A stretch of DNA of 64,000 bases from an uncultured Candidatus Poseidoniales archaeon (GTDB lineage Archaea > Thermoplasmatota > Poseidoniia > Poseidoniales > Thalassarchaeaceae): contig CABXDN010000005.1 in assembly GCA_902511005.1 (NCBI GenBank), positions 9,707-73,706 of the forward strand, written 5' to 3'. The notes under the pieces are model-generated. The model saw only the letters and a list, made by a program, of their open reading frames with translations. It did no database searches and was not told the DNA's origin. The position numbers and the translations under genes were made by a program. Below are positions 36,086-45,088 of this stretch, piece after piece. Numbering within the stretch: the first letter of the stretch is position 1; each line of letters starts with the position of its first letter.

Positions 36086-36868
36086 ATGAGTAAGCCATGG
36101 GCCCCCTCTCATGTATCTGAAGTTGCTAAAGGATTAGGGATAGATTTGCGAATAAGTGGGGAAGTCAAACATAGTTTAGTAATTCTACTACAATCGAAAT
36201 TAAGGGAAATTACTAAACAAATGGAACTTGAGACTCTCGATAAATATCCAGAGAGGAAAACATTAGATGACCCATCTCGAACAAGGCTCGGATTCAACAG
36301 AACGAGAGGTTTGATGATTGATGAAATCTCCGAAGTAGAATCTGTAAGTTCTGCTGCAGTTATTTCTGCCAATGAGGAATTAGAAAGGTACCTAAGAGTC
36401 ATCCTTATTTCCGCATCCGAGATTGCTAACGACGATAGAGTTGCAACAATTAAGCAGAGACATTTAGATATCGCATTTTCAGATTCTAAAACTCATGATA
36501 CTGAGCAAGACTCAGAAACTCCAGTAATCCAGTCTGAAAAACATGGCTCTCTTGATACTAAATTTGATGTTTTAACCTCTGTGAGTTTGAAAAATATAGT
36601 CAAACAGCTTTCAGGTAAGAAGTTAGAGAATGATGCCTTAGATGAACTAATACTTTTATATTATGATAATGCTGCAGATATAGAGTATAATTTACAGAAA
36701 AACATTGCTTTAGGAGATATTGAAGAGATTAAGAATTCACACCAAAAATTCGAGCAACTGATGATGCTAGGGTGGATGAGGAGAATTCTTAAATCTGCAT
36801 CTGAAAAAGCAGAATCTCAAGGTTCGAATATAATCAAACTAGACCATATAGTGTCAGTAGATCAATAA
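36086..36868 (+). CDS. acidic protein containing two clear tandem histone folds plus a third histone-fold-like C-terminal segment
   Basis: Taking the first in-frame ATG (the track start at 36041 is TTG). The fold 2 segment ESVSSAAVISANEELERYLRVILISASEIANDDRVATIKQRHLDIAF aligns position by position with HMfB ERVSDDARITLAKILEEMGRDIASEAIKLARHAGRKTIKAEDIELAV. Fold 1 is DLRISGEVKHSLVILLQSKLREITKQ...PERKTLDDPS. The C-terminal piece is ...ILKSASEKAESQGSNIIKLDHIVSV. Confidence 0.5.
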   Translation: MSKPWAPSHVSEVAKGLGIDLRISGEVKHSLVILLQSKLREITKQMELETLDKYPERKTLDDPSRTRLGFNRTRGLMIDEISEVESVSSAAVISANEELERYLRVILISASEIANDDRVATIKQRHLDIAFSDSKTHDTEQDSETPVIQSEKHGSLDTKFDVLTSVSLKNIVKQLSGKKLENDALDELILLYYDNAADIEYNLQKNIALGDIEEIKNSHQKFEQLMMLGWMRRILKSASEKAESQGSNIIKLDHIVSVDQ

Positions 36869-36877
36869 TCAAAGATA

Positions 36878-37090
36878 TTAATTCATGAACTCTTTTTCAA
36901 AGTTTGAATCTAAAAGTTCCAGAAGCCCCATTACATTATCATGAATTTCAAATAATGTATTATCAGCAGTATAGATTAGAAGAACTTCCGATTCATTATC
37001 TTCTTCCTTAATGTGTTGATATGCACAGATAGATTGTACACGTATTCTTGTCGGGCCTAAGTCTGTCATTGCTTTAATCCACATGCTCAT
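36878..37090 (-). CDS. hypothetical 70-aa protein
   Basis: ORF only, with compact placement between neighbouring genes and no recognisable motif. Confidence 0.35.
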   Translation of the reverse strand: MSMWIKAMTDLGPTRIRVQSICAYQHIKEEDNESEVLLIYTADNTLFEIHDNVMGLLELLDSNFEKEFMN

Positions 37091-37158
37091 GATTCCTGCG
37101 GCGCCCGAATAAGGGTTTTAATCGTTTTCCTGCCAAGTATTGCTGAATATAGGTAATT

Positions 37159-38574
37159 TCATTCCCTTTTTTGACCAGATGAAGATTTTTTATTTCCTCT
37201 TTTCGACCCTCTGCCTCTTCTATTTTTCTGCCTATTACCGCTTTTCCCACCATATTTAGAGGAGGAATCTTCCTTCGAGTCATCCTTCTTTTTAAATCTT
37301 GATTTTTGTCCTCTTTTCCTTTGTCTTTCCGAAGAACTTCTTGACTTCTGGGGAGGGCCTCTTTGCCGTCTATTTCTTCTTCTCTTATTATTTGCCTGAG
37401 GCTTTCTTTCTTTTTCTTCTTCGAAAACTTCTTCTACATATTCCATGGGGTATTCAGTCAAATTTTCAACATTAGGTGGCTGAAATCTTCTCTTTATCCC
37501 AACCTCATTTTGAATTTTATTATAGCTTCTTTGCTGCGATCTTTGTACAAATGAGATTACTACACCCTCTGCTCCCGCTCTAGCAGTTCTACCGCTACGG
37601 TGTTTGTACGCCTTTCCATTTTCTGGCGGGTCATAATGAACTACACAATTTACTCCTTGTATATCGATCCCTCTTGCTGCGACATCAGTGCATACTAATG
37701 CCACTGCTCCTCCCTTGGTGAATCTCTTTAACGCACGATCTCTTTGCCTTTGATTTAGGCCACCGTGTAATGTTGAGACTCTCAAATCAGCATCATACAT
37801 TTGGTCTCCAAGTTTATCTACTCCTCTTCTTGTTTTACAGAATATTATAGTTTTACCACACTTGGAAAGTATTTCAGTAGTCACGCCTAACTTTTGATGT
37901 GGCTTCATATTCCAAAATAAGTGCTGCATATTCTCAATACTAACTTCCTTTGGCCCAACTTCGATAGTAACTGGGTCGTGCTGGTAATTTTCTACTAAAT
38001 CTGCAACATCATCATCTAGTGTGGCACTGAACAAAATGGTTTGTCTCTTTTTAGAACATTTATCTAGAATTTTACATACCGGTTCCATGAATCCCATATC
38101 TGCCATTCTGTCCGCCTCATCTAATACTACAGTTTCGACATCATCTAACTTTAGTGCACGCCTATCTAATAGGTCAAGGAGTCTACCTGGACATGCGACC
38201 AATATATCCACCCCTCTATTCAATGCATTATACTGATTTTTATAGGATACACCTCCATATATTGAAACAATATCTCTGTCTACTGAAGTAGCAATTGGTC
38301 TTAAGACCGAATTAATTTGTTCTGCAAGTTCTCTTGTAGGTGTTAAAATTAGACTTGTAGGTCTTTTCGATTGTGCTCTTTTAGATCTAGCAATTAATGG
38401 CAAACCAAAAGCCAGAGTTTTACCTGAACCAGTTGGTGCTCTACAGCATACGTCTCTGCCAAGTAATGAATCAGGGATCGTTTCTCTCTGTACTTCGAAA
38501 GGTTCCAATATACCTTGACGTTCTAGTGCTTGAATTATATCGGGACCAATTCCCAAGTCTGAAAATGATACCAC
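37159..38574 (-). CDS. DEAD-box ATP-dependent RNA helicase with Arg/Lys/Ser-rich C-terminal tail
   Basis: Q-motif region, APTGSGKTLAF (I), DEADRM (II), SAT (III), HRSGRTARAG (VI), and about 90 aa of basic low-complexity tail. Confidence 0.92.
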   Translation of the reverse strand: MVSFSDLGIGPDIIQALERQGILEPFEVQRETIPDSLLGRDVCCRAPTGSGKTLAFGLPLIARSKRAQSKRPTSLILTPTRELAEQINSVLRPIATSVDRDIVSIYGGVSYKNQYNALNRGVDILVACPGRLLDLLDRRALKLDDVETVVLDEADRMADMGFMEPVCKILDKCSKKRQTILFSATLDDDVADLVENYQHDPVTIEVGPKEVSIENMQHLFWNMKPHQKLGVTTEILSKCGKTIIFCKTRRGVDKLGDQMYDADLRVSTLHGGLNQRQRDRALKRFTKGGAVALVCTDVAARGIDIQGVNCVVHYDPPENGKAYKHRSGRTARAGAEGVVISFVQRSQQRSYNKIQNEVGIKRRFQPPNVENLTEYPMEYVEEVFEEEKERKPQANNKRRRNRRQRGPPQKSRSSSERQRKRGQKSRFKKKDDSKEDSSSKYGGKSGNRQKNRRGRGSKRGNKKSSSGQKRE

Positions 38575-38642
38575 AATTCGTCCCTACTGTTTGCTTCGCG
38601 ACGCCCATCCCTATTTAGCATCAACAGTATTTATATCCTGTA

Positions 38643-39350
38643 TTATTGGGTAGTAAGGAGTTTATCAACTAGTGACGATGTACCAATCCTGAATCTTTTT
38701 TCAAGAATTATATTCTTATCTTCTTTATTTATTATATCGATAAACTCCATAACGGTTTTTTTATCTTTTATTCCTCCAGAAATTTTCATCCCCAATTTTT
38801 CATTAAAAGTTAATTCATGCCTCATTAATTCATATGATATAATTTTAACATCTTCTGCCGAACACGAACCTCTTTTACCAGTACATGTTTTCACAAAATC
38901 TACCCCTGTTGCTAGAGCCATTCTTGTAATCGCTCTAATTTTTCTTTCATTAAGTAAAGGTGTTTCAATAATGACTTTCAGGATTTTTCCTTTTGATGTA
39001 TTTCTCATAGTGATTAACCTTTCCAATTCATTTTCATTTGGATAATCATCTGTATCTCTGGGCTCTATTACAATATCAATCTCATCAGCACCTAAATTAA
39101 TAGCAGAGATAATTTCTCTTTTAATTTCATCACAATCATTACTTCCTACGGGAAAACTTCCTACCACTGCTGCTACTGGGATCTCAGAACCGAGAATTTT
39201 TTTAGCCACGCGAATCTTTTCAGGGAAAATACAGATAGCAGCAGGTAAATAGGTTCTTGCTTTGTTACAAAATTCTTCAATTTCTTGGTCGGTAATATGA
39301 GGGTCTAATAGAGTATAATCGATGAATTTAATCACCTCTTCACTATTCAA
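38643..39350 (-). CDS. deoC: deoxyribose-phosphate aldolase
   Basis: IDYTLLDPHITDQEIEEFC, FVKTCTGK (Schiff-base Lys context) and MKISGGIKD. Confidence 0.82.
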   Translation of the reverse strand: MNSEEVIKFIDYTLLDPHITDQEIEEFCNKARTYLPAAICIFPEKIRVAKKILGSEIPVAAVVGSFPVGSNDCDEIKREIISAINLGADEIDIVIEPRDTDDYPNENELERLITMRNTSKGKILKVIIETPLLNERKIRAITRMALATGVDFVKTCTGKRGSCSAEDVKIISYELMRHELTFNEKLGMKISGGIKDKKTVMEFIDIINKEDKNIILEKRFRIGTSSLVDKLLTTQ

Positions 39351-39359
39351 ATAACCACC

Positions 39360-40451
39360 TTAACGATTACAACTTTCAAAATCACGCATGAATAATACCA
39401 GTGCTTCAACACTTTCAATTGGACAGCCATTATACAAACTTGCCCTAATCCCTCCTACACTTCTATGGCCTTTTAGTCCACCTAAACCTGCCAAAAAAGC
39501 TTCTTCCAAGAATTTATCTTCAAGTTCAATGTTAGGTAATCTCCAAGTTACATTCATTACTGAACGAGAATCTTTTTCAGCATGAGGTCTCCAAAAATCA
39601 CTTCTATCCAGTTCGTCATAAAGCAAATTTGACTTAGTAATATTTCTTGCGATTGCCCCCTCCAAACCTCCATTCTCTTCAACCCAGTTAAGCACACGAT
39701 CTAAAACAAAAATACCGAATGTATTTGGAGTATTAAATAAAGATCCTTTAGATGAATGAACCGAGTAATCCAGCATCGTAGGTATATTTTGGTTGGCTTT
39801 CTCCATAGCCCAGGGTGATAAAATAACAACCGTAACTCCACTAGGTCCTAGATTTTTCTGAGCACCAGCATAAATTAAATCATGAGCACTTACATCTATT
39901 GGTACACCTGCAATATCTGAACTTGCATCTAGGACTCTTGGTTTCCCGTAGCTCTCTGGTAGATGGTGATATTGTGTACCATATAGTGTATTATTTGAGG
40001 TATAATGTAGGTATACTGCATCATCTCTAATTGAATATTCTCCATTTTTAGGGATAGATGTAAAACCATTTTCTGAATCATCCCATCTTGGTGATGCATC
40101 ACCTATCCTCATAGCTTCTTTCATGGCTTTCTGCGACCATGCTCCAGTCACTAGAAAATCTACCATTTCACCTTTTTCCAGTAAATTTAATGCAGACATA
40201 TAGAATTGTAAAGATGCTCCCCCCTGTAAAAAAAGAACGGTATAATCCTCAGGTATCGAGAGAATTCTCCGCAACCTTTCCATGGCACTGTCAATAATTT
40301 TTTGAAAAGTTTCACTTCTATGACTAATTTCTAGAAGACCAAAACCACTCGCATTAAGATTAGGGAGTGAATTCTGACATTCTTCTACTACTTCTAAAGG
40401 CAATGTTGCAGGCCCTGCACCAAAGTTGTGGATACGTCCCAATTGATTCAC
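39360..40451 (-). CDS. serC: phosphoserine aminotransferase
   Basis: HNFGAGPATLP N-terminus, YAGAQKNLGPSGVTVV (PLP-Lys context), and HRSVGGIRASLYN near the C-terminus. Confidence 0.9.
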   Translation of the reverse strand: MNQLGRIHNFGAGPATLPLEVVEECQNSLPNLNASGFGLLEISHRSETFQKIIDSAMERLRRILSIPEDYTVLFLQGGASLQFYMSALNLLEKGEMVDFLVTGAWSQKAMKEAMRIGDASPRWDDSENGFTSIPKNGEYSIRDDAVYLHYTSNNTLYGTQYHHLPESYGKPRVLDASSDIAGVPIDVSAHDLIYAGAQKNLGPSGVTVVILSPWAMEKANQNIPTMLDYSVHSSKGSLFNTPNTFGIFVLDRVLNWVEENGGLEGAIARNITKSNLLYDELDRSDFWRPHAEKDSRSVMNVTWRLPNIELEDKFLEEAFLAGLGGLKGHRSVGGIRASLYNGCPIESVEALVLFMRDFESCNR

Positions 40452-40543
40452 AAGTATCGGTATGGGTCCCAGTCTTTGATGCCATCGGAGTTATCGATAG
40501 TTGAGAGGGTGAGGTTCATGTTACAGTGGCTTGACGAAGGCAC

Positions 40544-41146
40544 ATGTTGCGTATAGGCCTAGTCATGCTCCAAGGAGCACGTCATGCGCACATGAGAGCT
40601 TTGAATAGTGCAGCAGATGAACTAAAAACCTCTGTTGAGATATTTGAGTTACATAATAATAATGATTTAATTAACGCTAATCCTCATGCAATAATATTGC
40701 CTGGAGGTGAATCAACAACAATGAGGATTATTGGTAATGATAATAGTTCTCAGTTATTACCTGAATTATTTAGAATGTTGAGAAGGAATTCAGAACTACC
40801 AGTTATGGGTACTTGTGCAGGTGCAATACTTCTTTCAGATCCTCAAGATGAGGGTGGAAAAATAGTCGATGCTAGTATGGAAAGGAACGGTTATGGGAGT
40901 CAGTCCGAGTCTTTTCAATCAATAGTTGATGCAGAAATCATCTCCAGAGAGTTCCCTGGAGTATTTATTCGTGCTCCTAAATTTTTGAGTTTAGGTTCAG
41001 ATTCAGTCCCTATAGCGTTACATGGTGAAGAAATAGTTGGAGTAAGGACAAATAATCGGATAGCTCTGACATTTCATCCTGAATTATCGGATGACAATGG
41101 TTTCCATAAATGGTTACTATCAAAAACCTTGGAGGTAAATTCATGA
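40544..41146 (+). CDS. pdxT: pyridoxal 5'-phosphate synthase glutaminase subunit
   Basis: ILPGGESTTM, GTCAGAILL (nucleophile Cys) and FHPELS (His/Glu). Confidence 0.88.
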   Translation: MLRIGLVMLQGARHAHMRALNSAADELKTSVEIFELHNNNDLINANPHAIILPGGESTTMRIIGNDNSSQLLPELFRMLRRNSELPVMGTCAGAILLSDPQDEGGKIVDASMERNGYGSQSESFQSIVDAEIISREFPGVFIRAPKFLSLGSDSVPIALHGEEIVGVRTNNRIALTFHPELSDDNGFHKWLLSKTLEVNS

Positions 41147-42288
41147 CATTTTCAATAAGGTTGCCTCAAAATTCTATGTTACCAGATGCCGCAGATGATA
41201 TGGACACAGAAGGCTGTATACAATGTCAAATGGGTAGCAAACTCGTACTTTTTATCACAGGTCATTGTCACTGGATGTGTGATTATTGCCCTCTCTCTGA
41301 GACTCGAAGAGAAATTGATTTTATGTATGCTAATGAGAGGAAAATTGACATTGGTGATTGGCAGGCAGTAATTGAAGAAGCTAGAGCAATGAATGCTACT
41401 GGCGCAGGTATTACAGGCGGTGATCCAGTTATGGCCCGAGAACGAGTTCTAGAAGGAGCAAGGATATTAAAGGCAGAATTTGGTCCTAATTTTCATCTTC
41501 ACATGTATACTAGTATACCTTTCAAAACGGAATGGGCGGATGAATTTGCTGATGCTGGAATCGACGAAATAAGATTTCATTTTCTTAACCTTGAATCGGA
41601 AAAATATCGAGATACCATAACTGCATGCAGGAATTCAGGTATGCTAACTGGAGTGGAAATTCCTTGTGAACCTGACAAAGAAAATGAACTGATGCAATTA
41701 TTAGAAATAATGCGAGAAATGGATGTCCAATTTCTTAATCTCAATGAATTAGAAATTACTGTAGGGAATCATGATAATATGGAACTAAGAGGATTTAATC
41801 TTTCTACTGAAATAACTGCTGGTGCTGCTGGTTCTGCAGAGCTATCCATTGCAATGAGAGATAGAGTAATGGCTGCGCAATTAGGTTTGCCCGATCCAAT
41901 AGATGGGGTTACAAGAGAGCCTTACGGTTTCCATCTCAAATTTTGTACTGCTACATACAAAGATTCAGGCCAACTTCGGAGAAGATTTATTCGAAGAGGA
42001 GAGCATACAATTGCTCCTCATGAGACCTTAACTGATGATGGGACTCTAATTTTTGGTGCTTTATCTTCAACTCTCGAAGAACAGGAAGATTGGATCAATG
42101 AAATTTGTAAAGAAACGGGGCTCCCCTCTCGTTTTCTTTACTGGGATGAGTTAAATTCAAGAATAGAAATGCCATTAGTGGTTGCAGAAGATATTGCGAA
42201 TATAGTTGATGCAGATGTTTCAGTGGTTGAAGTCGCACCTACTTATGAGAGAATGGAATTAACAGTAGTTTTTCTAAATTCTAAATAG
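41143..42288 (+). CDS. radical SAM enzyme (COG2108-like, PFL-activase-related, function unknown)
   Basis: GHCHWMCDYCPL is a C-x3-C-x2-C cluster motif. The preferred start is ATG 41143 (MTFSIRL...), which forms an ATGA overlap with the pdxT stop. The track start at 41110 would overlap pdxT by 37 nt. Confidence 0.75.
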   Translation: MTFSIRLPQNSMLPDAADDMDTEGCIQCQMGSKLVLFITGHCHWMCDYCPLSETRREIDFMYANERKIDIGDWQAVIEEARAMNATGAGITGGDPVMARERVLEGARILKAEFGPNFHLHMYTSIPFKTEWADEFADAGIDEIRFHFLNLESEKYRDTITACRNSGMLTGVEIPCEPDKENELMQLLEIMREMDVQFLNLNELEITVGNHDNMELRGFNLSTEITAGAAGSAELSIAMRDRVMAAQLGLPDPIDGVTREPYGFHLKFCTATYKDSGQLRRRFIRRGEHTIAPHETLTDDGTLIFGALSSTLEEQEDWINEICKETGLPSRFLYWDELNSRIEMPLVVAEDIANIVDADVSVVEVAPTYERMELTVVFLNSK

Positions 42289-42356
42289 TGATTATCAATT
42301 CTATTCGGTTTGATATACACGTTTAGTTCATTTACCCCTGACTTTAGTCATGTATC

Positions 42357-44201
42357 ATGCCAGTGAGGCGAGCCGACCCTGATTCAACAGGTGTTGACCC
42401 ATATAGGCGTCTTTCAGCATCACAAGTTATTACTTGGAATACATGTCCTCGACTTTGGTATTATTCATATATTCCAAAATTGAAGAGCCCTCTTCCTCCT
42501 CAAATATTACGTGGCAATGCAGTTGAAGAATGTATATCTAGAATACTTAGGGAGTCTCCTGTCTATATATCTTCATCAGATATTGATAAAATTGCCTCTC
42601 CTCTAAATTCAGATGGATCAGTAGCCTATGACTCAGATGAAGGTTGGGTGGGACCAAAGTTAGAAGTTATTCCTAAAGAAAACTGGCCATTAAATCGTGA
42701 ACAATTATTTAATTGGGCGGTATCAAGAATGGAAATTCACTTTGATAATTGTTGGAATTCGGCAATCATAGATTGGAAATCGAGCCCTAATAGAATAGGT
42801 AAATCCGAAGATATTGACCCTGATGAAGGGCGCCAGATGATTATTGCTGGAATTAATCTTCATTTAGATCAGGTTGAATTATGCTTGGGATCAGATGGTG
42901 GCCCCAACTTTGAGTCTTGGAGAAGAGGTGAATATCGTCCCGAATGGCCTGCACCCGATGGTTTTCCAAAAAAATGGAATTCTCTTCATCCCGCAGCTGA
43001 AAATCATTTATCTCCTATGACTTGGGTAGAGGCATGGGAAGTATCTAGGCCTTGGTTTGTAGATCCTGATGGGTCCAGTTTTACTGAAACAACTTGTCAT
43101 CCTAATGATTGGTTTCAGGGCGAATATGATCTTGTTTATCGCTGGACAGGTAAGATTCGTATTGTAGATTTGAAAGCATCAGTTGGAAAAGGCGATCGTT
43201 CTGGAGGTTATATTGAGCAATTAAGATTGTATTCTTGGATATGGTGGGAGACTCATGCAAGAAAAGATGAAGTTGAAGGGCTGGAAATTTGGTATTTGGG
43301 TCCTGGTACAATCAAGAAAGTGCCGATGCCTAGTGAATTAGAGATGTCGAAGTATAACGATGAATTAGAAGAATTATATCTTAAAATTCACTCTAAAGTG
43401 CCGGATATATCAGATTGTCCTCCTAATCCTTCTCCATTGAGATACTTTGACGTAGGAGGTATACCCTCTGACCCTCCAGTTGACCCCAATCCCAAAGCAC
43501 GTTGTGAAAAATGTGATCTTCGAGGAATTTGTGAAAATAGTGATTATGAGTTAGTTCTTCCCTCTGAAAATAGGTTAGAGAAATTTTCGCATGCCTGGCC
43601 GATTACTTCGATGGATGATATCAAGACACGTCATACCGTTATCGGAGAGGTTAGAGAGTTAGATGGTCCTAATCTTAATCCAGACGGCACAGTTGATTTA
43701 TCCTTCAAATTAATCGATGGTTATGAGAGAGCTAAAGTAAAAGTTCATCGTTTTGGCGGTCCTAAGAACGTATCTCGTTCGATACAAAATCAGAGTACTA
43801 TTAGAATAGAAAATGCATTAACCTCAATCTGGCGAAGTGAGTTAGTTATTGATTTAGATTCTAAATCAATTATCTCTATTGCTGACTCCGAAGAGAGAGC
43901 ACCGATGATTGATATCGAGACACGAGTTAATGTAATTGGAAGAATTTGGTCTATCAATGCATTTCCTAATGGTAAAGGTGTTGCACGTTGGTCAATTACT
44001 CTAGTGGATAGTAGTGGTTCAGTGGGTATTGTTGCGTTTAAACAATTTATTCCAGTTATTGCTGCAGGTCTATCCAGAGGTGATGAAATTGCTATTCTCA
44101 ATGGCGAGATAGGTGAATTCGCGGGTCAAAAGCAAGTAAGGCTAGGTCCAGGAGCTAGAGTAGTTCTTCTCAAAAGTTCAGAAGACTTAGATCCATTCTG
44201 A
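42357..44201 (+). CDS. Cas4/AddB/Dna2-type PD-(D/E)xK nuclease with 4-Cys Fe-S motif, fused to two C-terminal RPA-like OB folds
   Basis: N-terminal LSASQVITWNTCPRLWYYSY (first Cys) and GNAVEECISRIL. Nuclease core EYDLVYRW..IRIVDLKAS and EQLRLYSW. Distal Cys triad ARCEKCDLRGIC. OB-like segments TVIGEVRELDG...DLSFKLIDGYERAKVKVHRF and VNVIGRIWSINAF...ITLVDSSGSVGIVAFKQF...GDEIAILNGEIGEFAGQKQVRLG. Confidence 0.7.
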   Translation: MPVRRADPDSTGVDPYRRLSASQVITWNTCPRLWYYSYIPKLKSPLPPQILRGNAVEECISRILRESPVYISSSDIDKIASPLNSDGSVAYDSDEGWVGPKLEVIPKENWPLNREQLFNWAVSRMEIHFDNCWNSAIIDWKSSPNRIGKSEDIDPDEGRQMIIAGINLHLDQVELCLGSDGGPNFESWRRGEYRPEWPAPDGFPKKWNSLHPAAENHLSPMTWVEAWEVSRPWFVDPDGSSFTETTCHPNDWFQGEYDLVYRWTGKIRIVDLKASVGKGDRSGGYIEQLRLYSWIWWETHARKDEVEGLEIWYLGPGTIKKVPMPSELEMSKYNDELEELYLKIHSKVPDISDCPPNPSPLRYFDVGGIPSDPPVDPNPKARCEKCDLRGICENSDYELVLPSENRLEKFSHAWPITSMDDIKTRHTVIGEVRELDGPNLNPDGTVDLSFKLIDGYERAKVKVHRFGGPKNVSRSIQNQSTIRIENALTSIWRSELVIDLDSKSIISIADSEERAPMIDIETRVNVIGRIWSINAFPNGKGVARWSITLVDSSGSVGIVAFKQFIPVIAAGLSRGDEIAILNGEIGEFAGQKQVRLGPGARVVLLKSSEDLDPF

Positions 44202-44205
44202 ATAA

Positions 44206-44901
44206 TTAATTCCCTCTATTGAGGAAAGGAACAATTCCTCCTATTGTATCTTTAATAACTCTAGATGCAAGATTATTGAAGCGACTTGGTACTGGTGACA
44301 GATATACTTTGCCAGTACCAGAAATAATGTTTACGAACCCTTCTCCGCCTGCTAATTTGGACAAAGTGCCTTTCCCTAGCATCCTTGTCTCATAATTCAG
44401 AGATGCATCTCTGGCAACTGCGAAATTTCCATCAACTGTTAAAGTACTATTTTGTAAATTAATCTCCTGAATTGGGCCATCTGAATAGTATACTAAGGTT
44501 CCAGTTCCTGAAACAGTTGTTTGATATATTCCTTCTCCACCAAAGGCCATTGATGCTATTCCCTTATTTCTAATAATCCCTACTTCAATTCCTTCATCCG
44601 AACAAATGTATGCTCCAGCATCAAGAATCATCGATTCGTCATTTAATTCTAGTATATGGTATTCTCCAAATGTAGGAGGTCCAAAGAAAACTTCACCAGT
44701 TCCAGTATATGTTGGTCTGAAAACAGATTCTCCAGAAACCATTGATTTCAGAAATCCGCCTACACTTGGTTTCTTCGTAACCATCTCGATATTACCAATC
44801 ATATAGTGCAAAGCACCTGACTCTGCACGGACAGTATCTCCATTTAGTGTCACTTTTACCATTCTTAATTCTTGTTCATCGACTACTTCATACACAGGCA
44901 T
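44206..44901 (-). CDS. AIM24/DUF124 (TIGR00266) family protein
   Basis: The family-typical pattern is present: SGALHYMIGNIEM...SGESVFRPTYTGTGEVFFGP...DAGAYICSDEGIEV...GGEGIYQTTVSGTGTLVYYS...GGEGFVNIISGTGKVYLSP. Confidence 0.72.
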   Translation of the reverse strand: MPVYEVVDEQELRMVKVTLNGDTVRAESGALHYMIGNIEMVTKKPSVGGFLKSMVSGESVFRPTYTGTGEVFFGPPTFGEYHILELNDESMILDAGAYICSDEGIEVGIIRNKGIASMAFGGEGIYQTTVSGTGTLVYYSDGPIQEINLQNSTLTVDGNFAVARDASLNYETRMLGKGTLSKLAGGEGFVNIISGTGKVYLSPVPSRFNNLASRVIKDTIGGIVPFLNRGN

Positions 44902-44948
44902 AAAATTTCTATTGACGAGTGTCTTATCAATGTTTGTTGTTTAGATGA

Positions 44949-45034
44949 TGGCGCCGAGAGAGGGATTTGAACCCCCGCGTCCATAGGACAATGGATTTCG
45001 AATCCATCGCAATACCGGGCTATGCGATCTCGGC
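44949..45034 (-). tRNA. tRNA-Ser (anticodon CGA), class II with long variable arm, CCA encoded
   Basis: Hand-folded: acceptor GCCGAGA/TCTCGGC; D arm GCA..TGC with a GG loop; anticodon stem ATGGA/TCCAT with loop TTCGAAA (CGA); variable arm GTCC-TAT-GGAC; T arm GGGGG-TTCAAAT-CCCTC; discriminator G plus CCA. Confidence 0.9.
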
Positions 45035-45088
45035 TGTAATTATTCCAGATACGGATTGGTCATAAGCGTGACTCGTCTCGAGAGATAC

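Noticed and set aside
37074-37283. 69-aa minus-strand ORF overlapping the 3' end of the DEAD-box helicase gene
   Set aside because: It is an alternative frame of the helicase's Arg/Lys-rich tail region. Its basic low-complexity translation is the expected by-product.
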